This document shows positions 1 to 9,218 of a stretch of 64,000 bases of DNA, one piece after another. Source of the DNA: Gemmatimonadota bacterium. GTDB taxonomy: Bacteria; Gemmatimonadota; Gemmatimonadetes; Longimicrobiales; Gaopeijiaceae. Below the pieces are notes generated by a model. It was not told where the DNA came from. It saw only the letters and a program-made list of their open reading frames with translations, and did not search any database. Made by a program: the position numbers and the translations under genes. Position 1 is the stretch's first letter. Every line of letters begins with the position of its first letter. The DNA lies in NCBI GenBank assembly GCA_034521595.1, contig JAXHMG010000002.1, forward strand, positions 64,001 through 128,000, read 5' to 3'.

Positions 1-657
1 CTCGGCCCGCGCTCCGTACCGGGCCGAGCGGCCACCCGGCAGCACGTGGATGGCGGACACGCTCCCGGACGGAACGGTCGAGAGGTCGGCCTCGCCCGTG
101 ATTGGATCGTTGATCGGGACACCGTCGACGAGAACGAGCACGGCATCACCTCCGCTCCCACGGATCGACGGCACCTCCGCCCCACCGCGTCCCCGCGACT
201 CGACCCGCACCCCGGGGAGACCGTCCACCAGGTCGCCCACCGACCCGCCGGCCAGCGCGTCGAGGTCGGCCGCCCGGAGCGAGCGCGCTCCTTCCGGTGT
301 GGCATCGACCCGGGCCACCACCCCTTCCACCTCGACCGCTTCGAGGAGCAACTCGACGCGAACGCTCGTGACGGCGCCGTTCTCGATCACGACCGTGCGC
401 GTCACGGCGGCGTAGCCGGGCGCCCGAACGCTCAGGGTGTAGGAGCCGGGCTCGATTCCGCGGAGACGGAACGCTCCGGCGGCATCGGTCGTCGTGAGGC
501 TCGGGGAACCCTCGAGCCGGACGTCGGCGGACGGCACGGGACGCCCGGAGAGCACGTCGATGACGTCGCCCCGAAGCTCGCCGGGAAACTGAGCCCCGAC
601 GCCGGTTGCCGTTACGAGGAGCGCGAAGGCTCCCAAAAGATACGAAAAAACCCGCAC
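1..657 (-). CDS. TonB-dependent receptor, BtuB-like (5' part; runs off window start; not in ORF track)
   Basis: Manual translation from GTG at 657: signal peptide MRVFSYLLGAFALLVTATGVGAQ, carboxypeptidase-regulatory-like domain (TTTDAAGAFRLRGIEPGSYTLSVRAPGY), plug motifs (LPGVRV..SIRGSGGDAVLVLVDGVPIND); GAGGGG RBS; downstream of a cobalamin riboswitch. Confidence 0.85.
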   Translation of the reverse strand, partial: MRVFSYLLGAFALLVTATGVGAQFPGELRGDVIDVLSGRPVPSADVRLEGSPSLTTTDAAGAFRLRGIEPGSYTLSVRAPGYAAVTRTVVIENGAVTSVRVELLLEAVEVEGVVARVDATPEGARSLRAADLDALAGGSVGDLVDGLPGVRVESRGRGGAEVPSIRGSGGDAVLVLVDGVPINDPITGEADLSTVPSGSVSAIHVLPGGRSARYGARAE

Positions 658-689
658 GCTTCCCCTCGAAGAGTGCTGAGGAATGCGGG

Positions 690-855
690 CGTGCAGGTCT
701 CCTGACTCAGGGCGGCGTTCCCTCACCTTCCCAGGGTGTTCTAACCCCAGTGGCTTCGAGGGGGCCGTTCGGCGCTGCTGCTGCCGAGCCCATTACAGTG
801 GCGGGGCCGTGCCGGATTCTCACCGGCTTCCGAAATGCTCCGCCCGCAAAGTTCT
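690..855 (-). promoter_or_regulatory. Cobalamin (B12) riboswitch
   Basis: Minus strand reads GGAAGCCGGTGAGAATCCGGCACGGCCCCGCCACTGTAA ... GCCACTGGGG..CCCTGGGAAGG ... AGTCAGGAGACCTGC, the canonical B12-element motifs in order; 5' boundary approximate. Confidence 0.93.
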
Positions 856-913
856 TGTCTGTGAGAGTGAACCTACTCTTCCAGTCCCGAAGGCGTCAAC
901 AGGACGGTGGGCC

Positions 914-1765
914 TCAGCCCTCGTCTTCGTGGTCGTCCTCGTCGTCGTCCTCGGGATCCGAGTGCGACGCCCCGGCTCCCCTGCGGGCGCGGCTCTCCTG
1001 CGCGTAGTGCGGGCTGTACTCGAGCCCGTATCGGGTGGTCCTCTTCTTCTCGCTCTTCTTCTCGTTGAACTCACCCCGGGCGGCGTTGAGCTCTTCGATC
1101 TCCTCCTCGGTCGCGTCGCGCAGCGTGAAGTCCTCGCGCGGCACGAACAGCACCTGCCCGATGGGGAGCGAGTGCGCGCCGGGCATCCCCTGGCCGGTCT
1201 CCAACACGTATCGGAACTCACTGTGCTGCGGATACCAGTCGGTCTCGACACGCACCGAGAGCGCCGGCGCCTGAGGCCGGTCGATGTGGTTGAGCACGGA
1301 GGTGTAGACCGTGTCCCACCCTTCCGGCGTGTGGAAGTTGTAGGCGCCCCGGAAGGTCACCGCGCCCGGCGGAGTGCCCAGGTCCTCCGGGACGATGAAC
1401 GCGCGGACGATGCGTCGCGCCGCATCCTCGTCGATCGGCGGGTTCTCCACGGCGAAAGCGACTTCGTCCGTCATCTTCCCGATGCTCCCGATCGGAAGCT
1501 GCCACCGCACCGCGAACAGGGGCTCCCACTTCCCCTGCGCATTGGCGAGGAAGTACTTGAACTCGTAGACGCCTTCGCCGTGGTAGTCGACGAAGAACGC
1601 CTCGTGCTTCTCGAGCGGAGGATACACGAGATAGCCGAGCGCGCTTCCCGCCTCGAGCACCGGACAGTGCCGGCTGTGTTGCGGAAGGAGCGGGCGTTGG
1701 CTCTCGCTCTTGGGGCGAAGGCCGACGCCCGGACGGGCCTGGTTGGGATAGATCGTGACTTCCAT
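914..1765 (-). CDS. Hypothetical protein, DUF6065-like
   Basis: ORF with natural composition; RHCPVLEAGSALGY and VETDWYP resemble DUF6065-type proteins; acidic tail; ATG 1765 chosen. Confidence 0.55.
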   Translation of the reverse strand: MEVTIYPNQARPGVGLRPKSESQRPLLPQHSRHCPVLEAGSALGYLVYPPLEKHEAFFVDYHGEGVYEFKYFLANAQGKWEPLFAVRWQLPIGSIGKMTDEVAFAVENPPIDEDAARRIVRAFIVPEDLGTPPGAVTFRGAYNFHTPEGWDTVYTSVLNHIDRPQAPALSVRVETDWYPQHSEFRYVLETGQGMPGAHSLPIGQVLFVPREDFTLRDATEEEIEELNAARGEFNEKKSEKKRTTRYGLEYSPHYAQESRARRGAGASHSDPEDDDEDDHEDEG

Positions 1766-1882
1766 GCCTTGAGTGTCGCAAACCGGGAACGGAATGCGCA
1801 ACCCGGACCGCCCGGAACGTGCTCGACCGATCCGGCAGCGCCGCCGGCCTCGAGGCGTGTCCTCCGGGCAGCCGTCCGGGCC

Positions 1883-2842
1883 TCAGGGAGCGGGGACCCG
1901 CAGGGAGACGAGCGAAACGACCGCCCGCTCGTCGGTCAGCAGGGTCGCCGTTCCCGCCAGCACATTGTGCCAGAAGTGCTGAAAGACGGCCTCCCGCAGG
2001 CTCCACTCGTTCCGGCGCGTCTGCCATCCCGCGTATCCGCCCCAGGCACCGATGATCAACGCATACGGCCCGGCGTCCGGGTGGAGGCTTCCGAAGATCA
2101 GCGCCTGGAGGGTGTTCGCCAGCCAGAATCGGCCTCCGAGCTTTTCCGTCATGAGCGGGAGCAGCCACCCACGGAACGCGGCTTCCTCCCCGACGGCCGC
2201 ATTGAGCGAGAGACTGGACACGTACACGGGATCGTGACGCCGGAAGGGCTCGTACTCCCGGCTCTCGTCCCGGTCGGCGATCACGTATCCGGCCACGAGG
2301 GCGGATTGCGCCAGGCTGAGCCAGGTGGTCCATCGACCGAGAAAGTCGGGGTCGGCAGGCGCCGTCAGCAGGTCGCCGAGCCCCTCGTCGGGGCGGTAGA
2401 ACGCGTAGCGGCCACCGCTCCTTCCGCCCTCGACGGTGCGCCGGAAGCTGTCCCACGCACTCACGAAGCCGGACGTCGCGGCGAGATGCCAACCCTGGCT
2501 CGCCATTTGATCCTGCCACCTCCGCGGGAGGTCGACCTGCGGGTCTCCCCGCGTGCCGAGCCAAAAACCGAACCCGGCTGCCGCCGTGTGTCCCGCCCCC
2601 GCGAGCAACGCGCCGTGCGTGTATTGGCCGAGACCCGGCAACACGACGCTGCCCAGGGGAAGCCAGAACTCGGAAGCACGGGCGCTTTCGAGCAGCTCGG
2701 CCGGCACCGCGCCCCAACCCGGACCTCCGGGGGCTCGATCCGGACCCGGATCCGGCCCGGGCGCCTGAGCCGTCAACGGTACGGCCGGGACGAACAACCA
2801 CGCGACGAACGCTCCGACCCACAGCCTTCGTCCCGAAAGCAT
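1883..2842 (-). CDS. CPBP/Abi (CAAX) family intramembrane metalloprotease
   Basis: EEAAFRG, FGSLH and HFWHN motifs; hydrophobic segments; start uncertain. Confidence 0.8.
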   Translation of the reverse strand: MLSGRRLWVGAFVAWLFVPAVPLTAQAPGPDPGPDRAPGGPGWGAVPAELLESARASEFWLPLGSVVLPGLGQYTHGALLAGAGHTAAAGFGFWLGTRGDPQVDLPRRWQDQMASQGWHLAATSGFVSAWDSFRRTVEGGRSGGRYAFYRPDEGLGDLLTAPADPDFLGRWTTWLSLAQSALVAGYVIADRDESREYEPFRRHDPVYVSSLSLNAAVGEEAAFRGWLLPLMTEKLGGRFWLANTLQALIFGSLHPDAGPYALIIGAWGGYAGWQTRRNEWSLREAVFQHFWHNVLAGTATLLTDERAVVSLVSLRVPAP

Positions 2843-3026
2843 GCGGCCCGTAGATCCCCGGTTCGACGCGCACCCGCCCGACCGGTTTCTCCCGACTACC
2901 CACCTCTTCATGGCGCCTCCACGCTCCACGGTGCTTCCCGTCCTCCCGCGCCCGCCGAGGAGGTCCGTCAGACCGCCTCGGCCCCCTCGCTCATGCGCTG
3001 CACCGCGAGCGCATCCCGTCTCTCGC

Positions 3027-4757
3027 TCATTGCTGGCACGGCTCGTCGGGATCCGGGATGCGGCCGTCGATCACGAATCGCTCGTCACGGTTCGCTGCCC
3101 TGGTGACCACCCCTCGGATGAACTCCGTCACGCCTCCGAGCTTCTCGTAGTCGACGTACTGCGGCTCGTCGGTGCGCATGTGGTAGTCACGGTGTCCTCC
3201 GGTCGTCATGAACACCACGGGCACGCCGTAGCGCGCGTACATGTAGTGGTCGCTCCGGCAGTAATAGTTCGCCGGATGTCCGTCCGCGTCGTAGGTGTAG
3301 TCGAACGCCATGCCGTGCCCCTCCTCCTCGTTCACGGCTTCGACCAGATCGCCGAGCTCCGAGGAGATGCGGCGGCTGCCGATGAGCTGCAGGTACCCGG
3401 GCCCGCCCATCTCCCGGTCTTCGGCCGTGCCCCTGCCGATCATGTCGACATTCACGGTCGCGATCATGTCCTCCAGCGGCACGGTCGGGTTGTCGGTGTA
3501 GTGTCGGGCTCCCAACAGCCCCCCTTCTTCGGCGGTGTGCCAGACCAGCAGCACGGAGCGCCGCGGCCGCTCCGAGGATTCCGCCAGGACCCGGCCGATC
3601 TCGAGAAGGGCCACGCTCCCGCTACCGTCGTCGTCCGCCCCATTGTCGATGGAATCGAGACGACGCTCGCCCTCCTGGTCCTCCAGAATCCGACGAATAC
3701 GCTCGGCCTCCTCGGCGGTGGGCTCCCGTTCCGGATCCTCCGCACCGCCCGGCCGGACAACCTCCAGGTAGGCCCTGAGGGAGTCGTGATCCACCGGGGG
3801 CGTGGTCAAGCCGGTGTGGTCGCTGTGAGCCGACAAGACCACATGCTCGTCCCGCAGCTCGGGGTCGCTCCCCTCGACTCTCGCGACGACGTTGTAGGTC
3901 GGCACGTCGAGGGGTTCCTCGTCGGGTCCCACGCGGCCCGTGAAGGTCGGGCCTTCGGTCCCGGTCTGGAGCTCGTCCACTCCGGCGCCGAAGACCTGTT
4001 CGACGAACGCCTCGGACACGAACGCCAGGAACGGGCCGTCCCCGTCCGCCCCGGACCCGTCGTCTTCCCCTTCGTCGAGAACGAGCTGCGGCTCGAGGAG
4101 GAAGCCGAGGATGTCCGAAGTGGCGTAGTCGGTCGACGCCATAAGGATCGCCTCCGCACCGGCCAACTTCTGTATGCTCTGGCCGACCAGGCCGAACGCG
4201 CGGCCGTTCGGACCGCGCGCGGCACCGAGGACCACGACCTTGCCGGCCGCGTCTGCGGCCGAGATCTCAGTCGGAGACGCCATGTCGCCGCCGTACACGA
4301 CGGGGATGTCGGTAAAGTCGAGCGACTCCGGCGACCCGAAGTCCTCGAGCACGATGGGCGCGAAGTCGGGACTCACGTCGACGACGCCGAACGGCCCCTC
4401 CAGGCTCGAGGTCATGGCGCGCTGGACCAGGGGGACTTCCTGCAGGTAGGTGCCGTCCTCGCCGGCCGGCTCGAGCCCGTAGGCACGCGCACGCTCCTCG
4501 AGGTAGCGGGCTGCGCGACGGTGCCCCTCGGTGCCGGCTTCCCGTCCCATCATCGAATCGTCCGCGAAGGCGTAGAGCATCGATTCGAGACGATCGACCT
4601 CGACGCCGGACCCGGTGGGCGCCGCGGTCTCGGCGGTCCCCGGCGCGGAAGCGGTCGAGCAGGCCGCCACCACCAACATGGAAAGGACGGCGGCCCACAC
4701 TCCGGCAGCCCCGGAGAGGCCTGTTCTCTTCGCTTCGTTCGTGTCGGTCACGCGCAT
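3027..4757 (-). CDS. M28 family metallopeptidase, PA domain, lipoprotein
   Basis: SAHSDH, GADDDGSG, TAEEGGLLG, NVDMIGR, RSDH, DYH motifs; lipobox VAAC. Confidence 0.9.
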   Translation of the reverse strand: MRVTDTNEAKRTGLSGAAGVWAAVLSMLVVAACSTASAPGTAETAAPTGSGVEVDRLESMLYAFADDSMMGREAGTEGHRRAARYLEERARAYGLEPAGEDGTYLQEVPLVQRAMTSSLEGPFGVVDVSPDFAPIVLEDFGSPESLDFTDIPVVYGGDMASPTEISAADAAGKVVVLGAARGPNGRAFGLVGQSIQKLAGAEAILMASTDYATSDILGFLLEPQLVLDEGEDDGSGADGDGPFLAFVSEAFVEQVFGAGVDELQTGTEGPTFTGRVGPDEEPLDVPTYNVVARVEGSDPELRDEHVVLSAHSDHTGLTTPPVDHDSLRAYLEVVRPGGAEDPEREPTAEEAERIRRILEDQEGERRLDSIDNGADDDGSGSVALLEIGRVLAESSERPRRSVLLVWHTAEEGGLLGARHYTDNPTVPLEDMIATVNVDMIGRGTAEDREMGGPGYLQLIGSRRISSELGDLVEAVNEEEGHGMAFDYTYDADGHPANYYCRSDHYMYARYGVPVVFMTTGGHRDYHMRTDEPQYVDYEKLGGVTEFIRGVVTRAANRDERFVIDGRIPDPDEPCQQ

Positions 4758-4998
4758 CGCCACCCTTTCCTCGTGGAACGTTCCCGGAGCCGGTCGGACC
4801 CGGGAAGCAGGGATTCCTGTAGTACCATATTCATTTACCGAGGCCCACGCGGCGTGGCCGCGGCACATCGGCAAAGAATAATAAGGACGGGCGCGCACCC
4901 GCCGATACCGCCCGGGTCGTTGGAGTCGACCTCGGTGGCTCGGGCTCCGGGGCGACTGTCCCATGGCATCCACGACTCCAACCCTCCAGGAACCGGCC

Positions 4999-5919
4999 AT
5001 GAACCGGCACGCGATCCTCATGACGCTCGCGACCCTGCTCTTGACGGGGCTCACGCCCACTTCTTCCGAGGCCCAAGCGGTCATGCCCGACAACCCACCC
5101 CCCGCACCGGAAGCACTGGAGAACCGGGACATCGCCCTGGTCACCGGATCGACGAGCGGCCTCGGCAGGGCCGTGGCGCTGGCGCTGGGCGAGCGCGGCT
5201 GGCACGTGATTGTGCACGGCCGCGACCAGGAGCGGGGACGCGAGGTGGTCCGGACCATCGAGGGCGGGCCCGGATCCGCCACGCTCTACCTCGCCGACCT
5301 CGCGTCGGTCGCGGAGGTCCGGCGTCTCGGCGCAGCCCTCCACCGCGATTTCGAAGAGCTCGACGTGCTGGTGAACAACGCCGGCATCTGGCTCACGGGA
5401 GACGATACGCGGCGGACGAGTCAGGACGGCCACGAGCTCTCCTTCCACGTCAACTACCTCTCCGGGTATCAGCTCACGCACGCGCTGCTTCCGCTGCTCG
5501 AGCGCTCGACGCCTTCGCGCATCGTGAACGTTTCGTCGGTGGCGCAGACGGAGATCGACTTCGACGACGTGATGCTCGAGCAGGGCTATACCGGCTCACG
5601 GGCATACGGTCAGAGCAAGCTCGCGCAGATCTTGTTCACGTTCGATCTCGCGGAGGAGTTGGAGGGATCCGGCATCACGGTGAACGCGCTCCACCCCGCG
5701 ACGCTCATGGACACGGACATGGTGCGCGAGGCCGGTGTTCAACCGAGAGCGACGGTGGAGGAGGGCCGAAACGCCGTGCTCCAACTCGTTCTCGAGCCGG
5801 ACATGGGCACGGGCCGGTACTTCGACGGCGAGGAGCCCGCCGAAGCCCATCCCCAGGCATACGACGAAGATGCCCGAGCGCGCCTCCGGTCGCTCAGTGA
5901 GGAGTTGATCGGAGGCTGA
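4999..5919 (+). CDS. SDR family oxidoreductase with N-terminal signal-like peptide
   Basis: TGSTSGLG, NNAG, YGQSK motifs; AGGA RBS. Confidence 0.9.
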   Translation: MNRHAILMTLATLLLTGLTPTSSEAQAVMPDNPPPAPEALENRDIALVTGSTSGLGRAVALALGERGWHVIVHGRDQERGREVVRTIEGGPGSATLYLADLASVAEVRRLGAALHRDFEELDVLVNNAGIWLTGDDTRRTSQDGHELSFHVNYLSGYQLTHALLPLLERSTPSRIVNVSSVAQTEIDFDDVMLEQGYTGSRAYGQSKLAQILFTFDLAEELEGSGITVNALHPATLMDTDMVREAGVQPRATVEEGRNAVLQLVLEPDMGTGRYFDGEEPAEAHPQAYDEDARARLRSLSEELIGG

Positions 5920-5938
5920 AGCCCTTCCGGCGCGCTCC

Positions 5939-6427
5939 CTAAAAGAGCCCGACGAACCACCGCAGCGCGAGCCACCCGACCCACAGCCCGACCGCCACGA
6001 CACCGACCGCGCCCACGAGCACGGCCTGAACGACGCGACGGCTCCGGCGGCGGGCTTCGTCCGGCGCCGCCACGACTTCTTCCAGCAGTGCCAGGTTCCT
6101 GCGGTTCGCCTTCCAGCCCAGGTCGAACAGGTCACCGACGAGCGGAACCATGCCGACGAGCGCGTCGAGCACGACGTTGCCGAGCATCCGGACGAGCACG
6201 GCCGTGCCCCCACCGAGCCGGGCGGCGGAAAACAAGAGGTCGAGGGAGAGCACGAGCGGAAGCCAGTCCCCGAGGCCCGGCACGAGCCCGAGGAACGGAT
6301 CGAGGCCGACCCGTCGCCGGGTGCCGGGGACCCGGAAGAGGTCGTCCAGAACGCGGCTGATCCAGCGGGCCCGCCGCAGCGCCGCGACGGCTTCGGGCGA
6401 AGCTGGCGCGTTCTGTGCATCCTCCAT
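5939..6427 (-). CDS. DUF4112 domain membrane protein
   Basis: LDDLFRVPGTRRRVGLDPFLGLVPGLGD ... VPLVGDLFDLGWKANRRN. Confidence 0.85.
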   Translation of the reverse strand: MEDAQNAPASPEAVAALRRARWISRVLDDLFRVPGTRRRVGLDPFLGLVPGLGDWLPLVLSLDLLFSAARLGGGTAVLVRMLGNVVLDALVGMVPLVGDLFDLGWKANRRNLALLEEVVAAPDEARRRSRRVVQAVLVGAVGVVAVGLWVGWLALRWFVGLF

Positions 6428-6448
6428 GTAGGTGCAGCTCCCGAGCAC

Positions 6449-6478
6449 GATGTGACCAAGTGGATCGTCGCGGAGTGT
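6449..6478 (+). promoter_or_regulatory. Candidate ECF sigma promoter, copy 1 (GATGTGACC-N15-GAGTGT)
   Basis: Same bipartite motif and spacing also at 7567 and 11654; 44 nt upstream of the DUF4382 gene. Confidence 0.7.
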
Positions 6479-6522
6479 CCACGGTGCTACATCCATATCG
6501 ACACACCGAAGGAGAGTAGAGC

Positions 6523-7467
6523 ATGTTCGCACGAAAAACGAGTCGAGCGGCCCTCGCCGCCGCGATCATGGCGATCGGATTCACGGCTTGCGACGACGGA
6601 GGGTTGGGGCCGAGCGGGGACGCCTCGGTTCGGGTGCTCCTGACGGACGCGCCGGTCGATTACGTGAAGACCGCCCGGGTCGACATCGGCGCGGTCGAGA
6701 TCGTGCCGGCCGACGGGGACGGCGATCCGGTTCTCCTCTCCGAAGACGGCACGGACGGGTTCGTGAACCTGCTCGACCTGCAGAACGCGGTCACGCACAC
6801 CCTCGCCGACATCGACATCGAAGCGGGCGACTACAGCCAGCTCCGCCTCATCGTGGAAGCCGCGACCGTCGAGCTGAAGGAAGGCTACGCCTTCAAGGGC
6901 GGCTCGACCGAGCAGGAGCTCTTCGTGCCCAGCGGCGCGCAGACGGGGATCAAGCTCAACCTCTCGCCCGCGGACGGTGGAGAGAACGGTGACGAGAACG
7001 GGGACGAGGAAGACGGCCCCGTGACGATCGCCGACGGTGAGACCGTGCTCGTGGTCGACTTCGACGTGAGCAGGAGCTTCGTCATCCAGGGGAATCCCGA
7101 GACGCCGGCCGGCATCAACGGGATGCTCTTCAAGCCGACGCTCCGCGTGACCGTGCTGACCTCCGCGGGAAGCATCTCGGGAACGGTCACCACGGAGTTG
7201 GAGGACGTCTCGGTGGAAGGTCTCACCGTCGCCGCGGTTCCCGAGGACGCAGGCGATGCCGAGGAGTTCCAGACCCTCGAAGGAACGGCCGTCACGAACG
7301 CCGACGGCGAGTACACCATCCACTTCCTGACCCCGGGGACCTACACCGTGAGCGTCGAGGGTCTCGACGAAGGGCTGACGACGGACCCGGAGAGTGCCAC
7401 CGTGGACCTCGAAGCGGGTGAAGAGGCCGCCGAGGTCGACTTCGAGATCGTCGAGAGCGGCTCGTAG
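6523..7467 (+). CDS. DUF4382 lipoprotein with C-terminal carboxypeptidase-regulatory-like domain
   Basis: Lipobox FTAC; VLLTDAP, NLLDLQN, GDYSQLRLIV, VPSGAQTGIKL, VDFDVSRSFV; AAGGAG RBS. Confidence 0.88.
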   Translation: MFARKTSRAALAAAIMAIGFTACDDGGLGPSGDASVRVLLTDAPVDYVKTARVDIGAVEIVPADGDGDPVLLSEDGTDGFVNLLDLQNAVTHTLADIDIEAGDYSQLRLIVEAATVELKEGYAFKGGSTEQELFVPSGAQTGIKLNLSPADGGENGDENGDEEDGPVTIADGETVLVVDFDVSRSFVIQGNPETPAGINGMLFKPTLRVTVLTSAGSISGTVTTELEDVSVEGLTVAAVPEDAGDAEEFQTLEGTAVTNADGEYTIHFLTPGTYTVSVEGLDEGLTTDPESATVDLEAGEEAAEVDFEIVESGS

Positions 7468-7508
7468 GGCCGACCCGATCCGACAACGCCCTCCCGAGGG
7501 GGGGACCG

Positions 7509-7544
7509 ACGCCCCGTCCGCGAGTCCGCTCGCGGGCGGGGCGT
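7509..7544 (+). terminator. GC-rich stem-loop after the first DUF4382 gene
   Basis: ACGCCCCGTCCGCGAG-TCCG-CTCGCGGGCGGGGCGT; weak U tail. Confidence 0.5.
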
Positions 7545-7566
7545 TCGCGTGGCCGGGCAGAACCGC

Positions 7567-7596
7567 GATGTGACCGAATCGGCACCGTCCGAGTGT
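7567..7596 (+). promoter_or_regulatory. Candidate ECF sigma promoter, copy 2
   Basis: GATGTGACC gaatcggcaccgtcc GAGTGT. Confidence 0.7.
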
Positions 7597-7654
7597 GCAC
7601 GTCGAACCCCCCAAACGAAATCAAGTCTGCTCCACCACAATCAGGAGACATGAG

Positions 7655-8566
7655 ATGTTTCGAACCAAGTTCACCAAGCTGCTCGGCGGCGCCCTCCTTC
7701 TCGGAATGGGCCTGGCCGCGTGCGACGACAGCACCGGCGTCGACGGCGACGCCTCGATGCGTGTGCTGCTGACGGACGCGCCCTCGGACTACGTCGACTC
7801 GGCCTGGGTCGACATCGGCGCCGTAGAGCTGATCCCCGCGGGTGACGGAGGTCCGGTGACCCTCACCGCCGACGGAACCGACGGCTTCGTCGATCTGCTC
7901 GACCTGCAGGGCACGGCCACCCAGTTGCTCGCCGACGCGGACGTCCCGACGGGCGACTACAACCAGCTCCGGCTGATCGTGGACGAGGCCCGCGTGGCGC
8001 TTGCCGACGGGTACGAGTTCCAGGACGGCTCGACCTCGAAGAGCCTGTTCGTGCCGAGCGGCGCGCAGACGGGCATCAAGCTCAACCTCGCCGGAAGCGG
8101 TGGCGAGGAGGAGAGCGGACCGGTGACGATCGCCGCGGGCGAGACCGTGCTGGTCCTCGACTTCGACGTGAACCAGAGCTTCGTGATCCAGGGTGACCCC
8201 GAAGCCGAGGCCGGTATCCGGGACATGCTCTTCACCCCGACCATCAGCGTGGTCGCCGAGAACGTCGCGGCCAGCGTGTCCGGCACGGTGAGCACGAATC
8301 TCTCCGACACCTCGGTCGAAGGGCTGGTCGTGACCGCCGAGCCCACGGGCGAGGGCTCGCTCGAGGAGTACCAGAGCCAGACGGGCACAGCCGTCACTGA
8401 AGAAGACGGCACGTACACGATCTACTTCCTGGTTCCGGGGTCCTACGAAGTGTCGGTCGACGCGGGCGAGGGTCTGTCCGCCGATCCGACGGAGACCGCC
8501 GTGGATCTCGACGACGGTGAGGATGAGACCGGTGTCGACTTCGAGTTGGTCGAGAGCGGTTCGTAG
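7655..8566 (+). CDS. DUF4382 lipoprotein, tandem paralogue
   Basis: Lipobox LAAC; colinear with 6523..7467, same LFVPSGAQTGIKLNL block and VESGS end; AGGAG RBS before ATG 7655. Confidence 0.88.
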   Translation: MFRTKFTKLLGGALLLGMGLAACDDSTGVDGDASMRVLLTDAPSDYVDSAWVDIGAVELIPAGDGGPVTLTADGTDGFVDLLDLQGTATQLLADADVPTGDYNQLRLIVDEARVALADGYEFQDGSTSKSLFVPSGAQTGIKLNLAGSGGEEESGPVTIAAGETVLVLDFDVNQSFVIQGDPEAEAGIRDMLFTPTISVVAENVAASVSGTVSTNLSDTSVEGLVVTAEPTGEGSLEEYQSQTGTAVTEEDGTYTIYFLVPGSYEVSVDAGEGLSADPTETAVDLDDGEDETGVDFELVESGS

Positions 8567-8592
8567 CGTTCCGCTGCCCGGCGCGGCGCCGC

Positions 8593-8629
8593 GCCGGGTT
8601 CGCGTCCCTTCCGGGGGCGCGGACCCGGC
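8593..8629 (+). terminator. Stem-loop after the second DUF4382 gene
   Basis: GCCGGGTTCGCGTCCC-TTCCG-GGGGCGCGGACCCGGC; no U tail. Confidence 0.4.
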
Positions 8630-8651
8630 TGCGTCGCGGCATATTGTGCCC

Positions 8652-9218
8652 ATGAGCGAGCTCTCCGATGCGACGGTCGTGGCCCGCGTGCTCTCCGGAG
8701 ACCGGGAAGCGTTCGGGACGCTGGTGGACCGCCACCAGGACCGCATGCTGGCGTATGTGCGCCACATGGGTTTCGGCCCGGACGAAGCATCGGACATCGT
8801 GCAGGACGGATTCGTACGCGCCTTTCGGCACCTCGGGCGCTGCGGCGACCCGGAGCGGTTCGACGGCTGGCTGTTCCGGATCGTCAGCAACCTGTGCCGG
8901 ACGGCGGGCGGACGGGCGAAGCGCAAGCGAACCGATGCGCTCGAGGACCACGCCCCTTCACTCGCTTCGGAGCTACCCGGGCCGGACGAGCGGATGGAAG
9001 GTTCCTGGACACGGCAACGGGTGCGTGAAGGGCTCGACGGCGTACCGGCGGACCAGAGGGAGGCGTTGATCCTGATGTATCTCGAGGGTTATTCGGTCGC
9101 GGAGATCGAGGAGGTCACCGGCGCCTCGCGATCCGCGGTCAAAATGCGACTGAAGCGGGGACGTGACGTGTTGGAGCGCTTGCTGGCCCCCGTATTCGCG
9201 GAGGTGGAAGACCGATGA
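8652..9218 (+). CDS. ECF RNA polymerase sigma factor
   Basis: Region 2 (ASDIVQDGFVRAF..FDGWLFRIVSNLC) and region 4 (QREALILMYLEGYSVAEIEEVTG..VKMRLKRGR). Confidence 0.93.
   Translation: MSELSDATVVARVLSGDREAFGTLVDRHQDRMLAYVRHMGFGPDEASDIVQDGFVRAFRHLGRCGDPERFDGWLFRIVSNLCRTAGGRAKRKRTDALEDHAPSLASELPGPDERMEGSWTRQRVREGLDGVPADQREALILMYLEGYSVAEIEEVTGASRSAVKMRLKRGRDVLERLLAPVFAEVEDR

Noticed and set aside
683-5900. Very long plus-strand ORFs (683..3106, 2841..5900)
   Set aside because: Antisense shadows of real minus-strand genes in high-GC DNA; Arg/Pro-rich with no motifs
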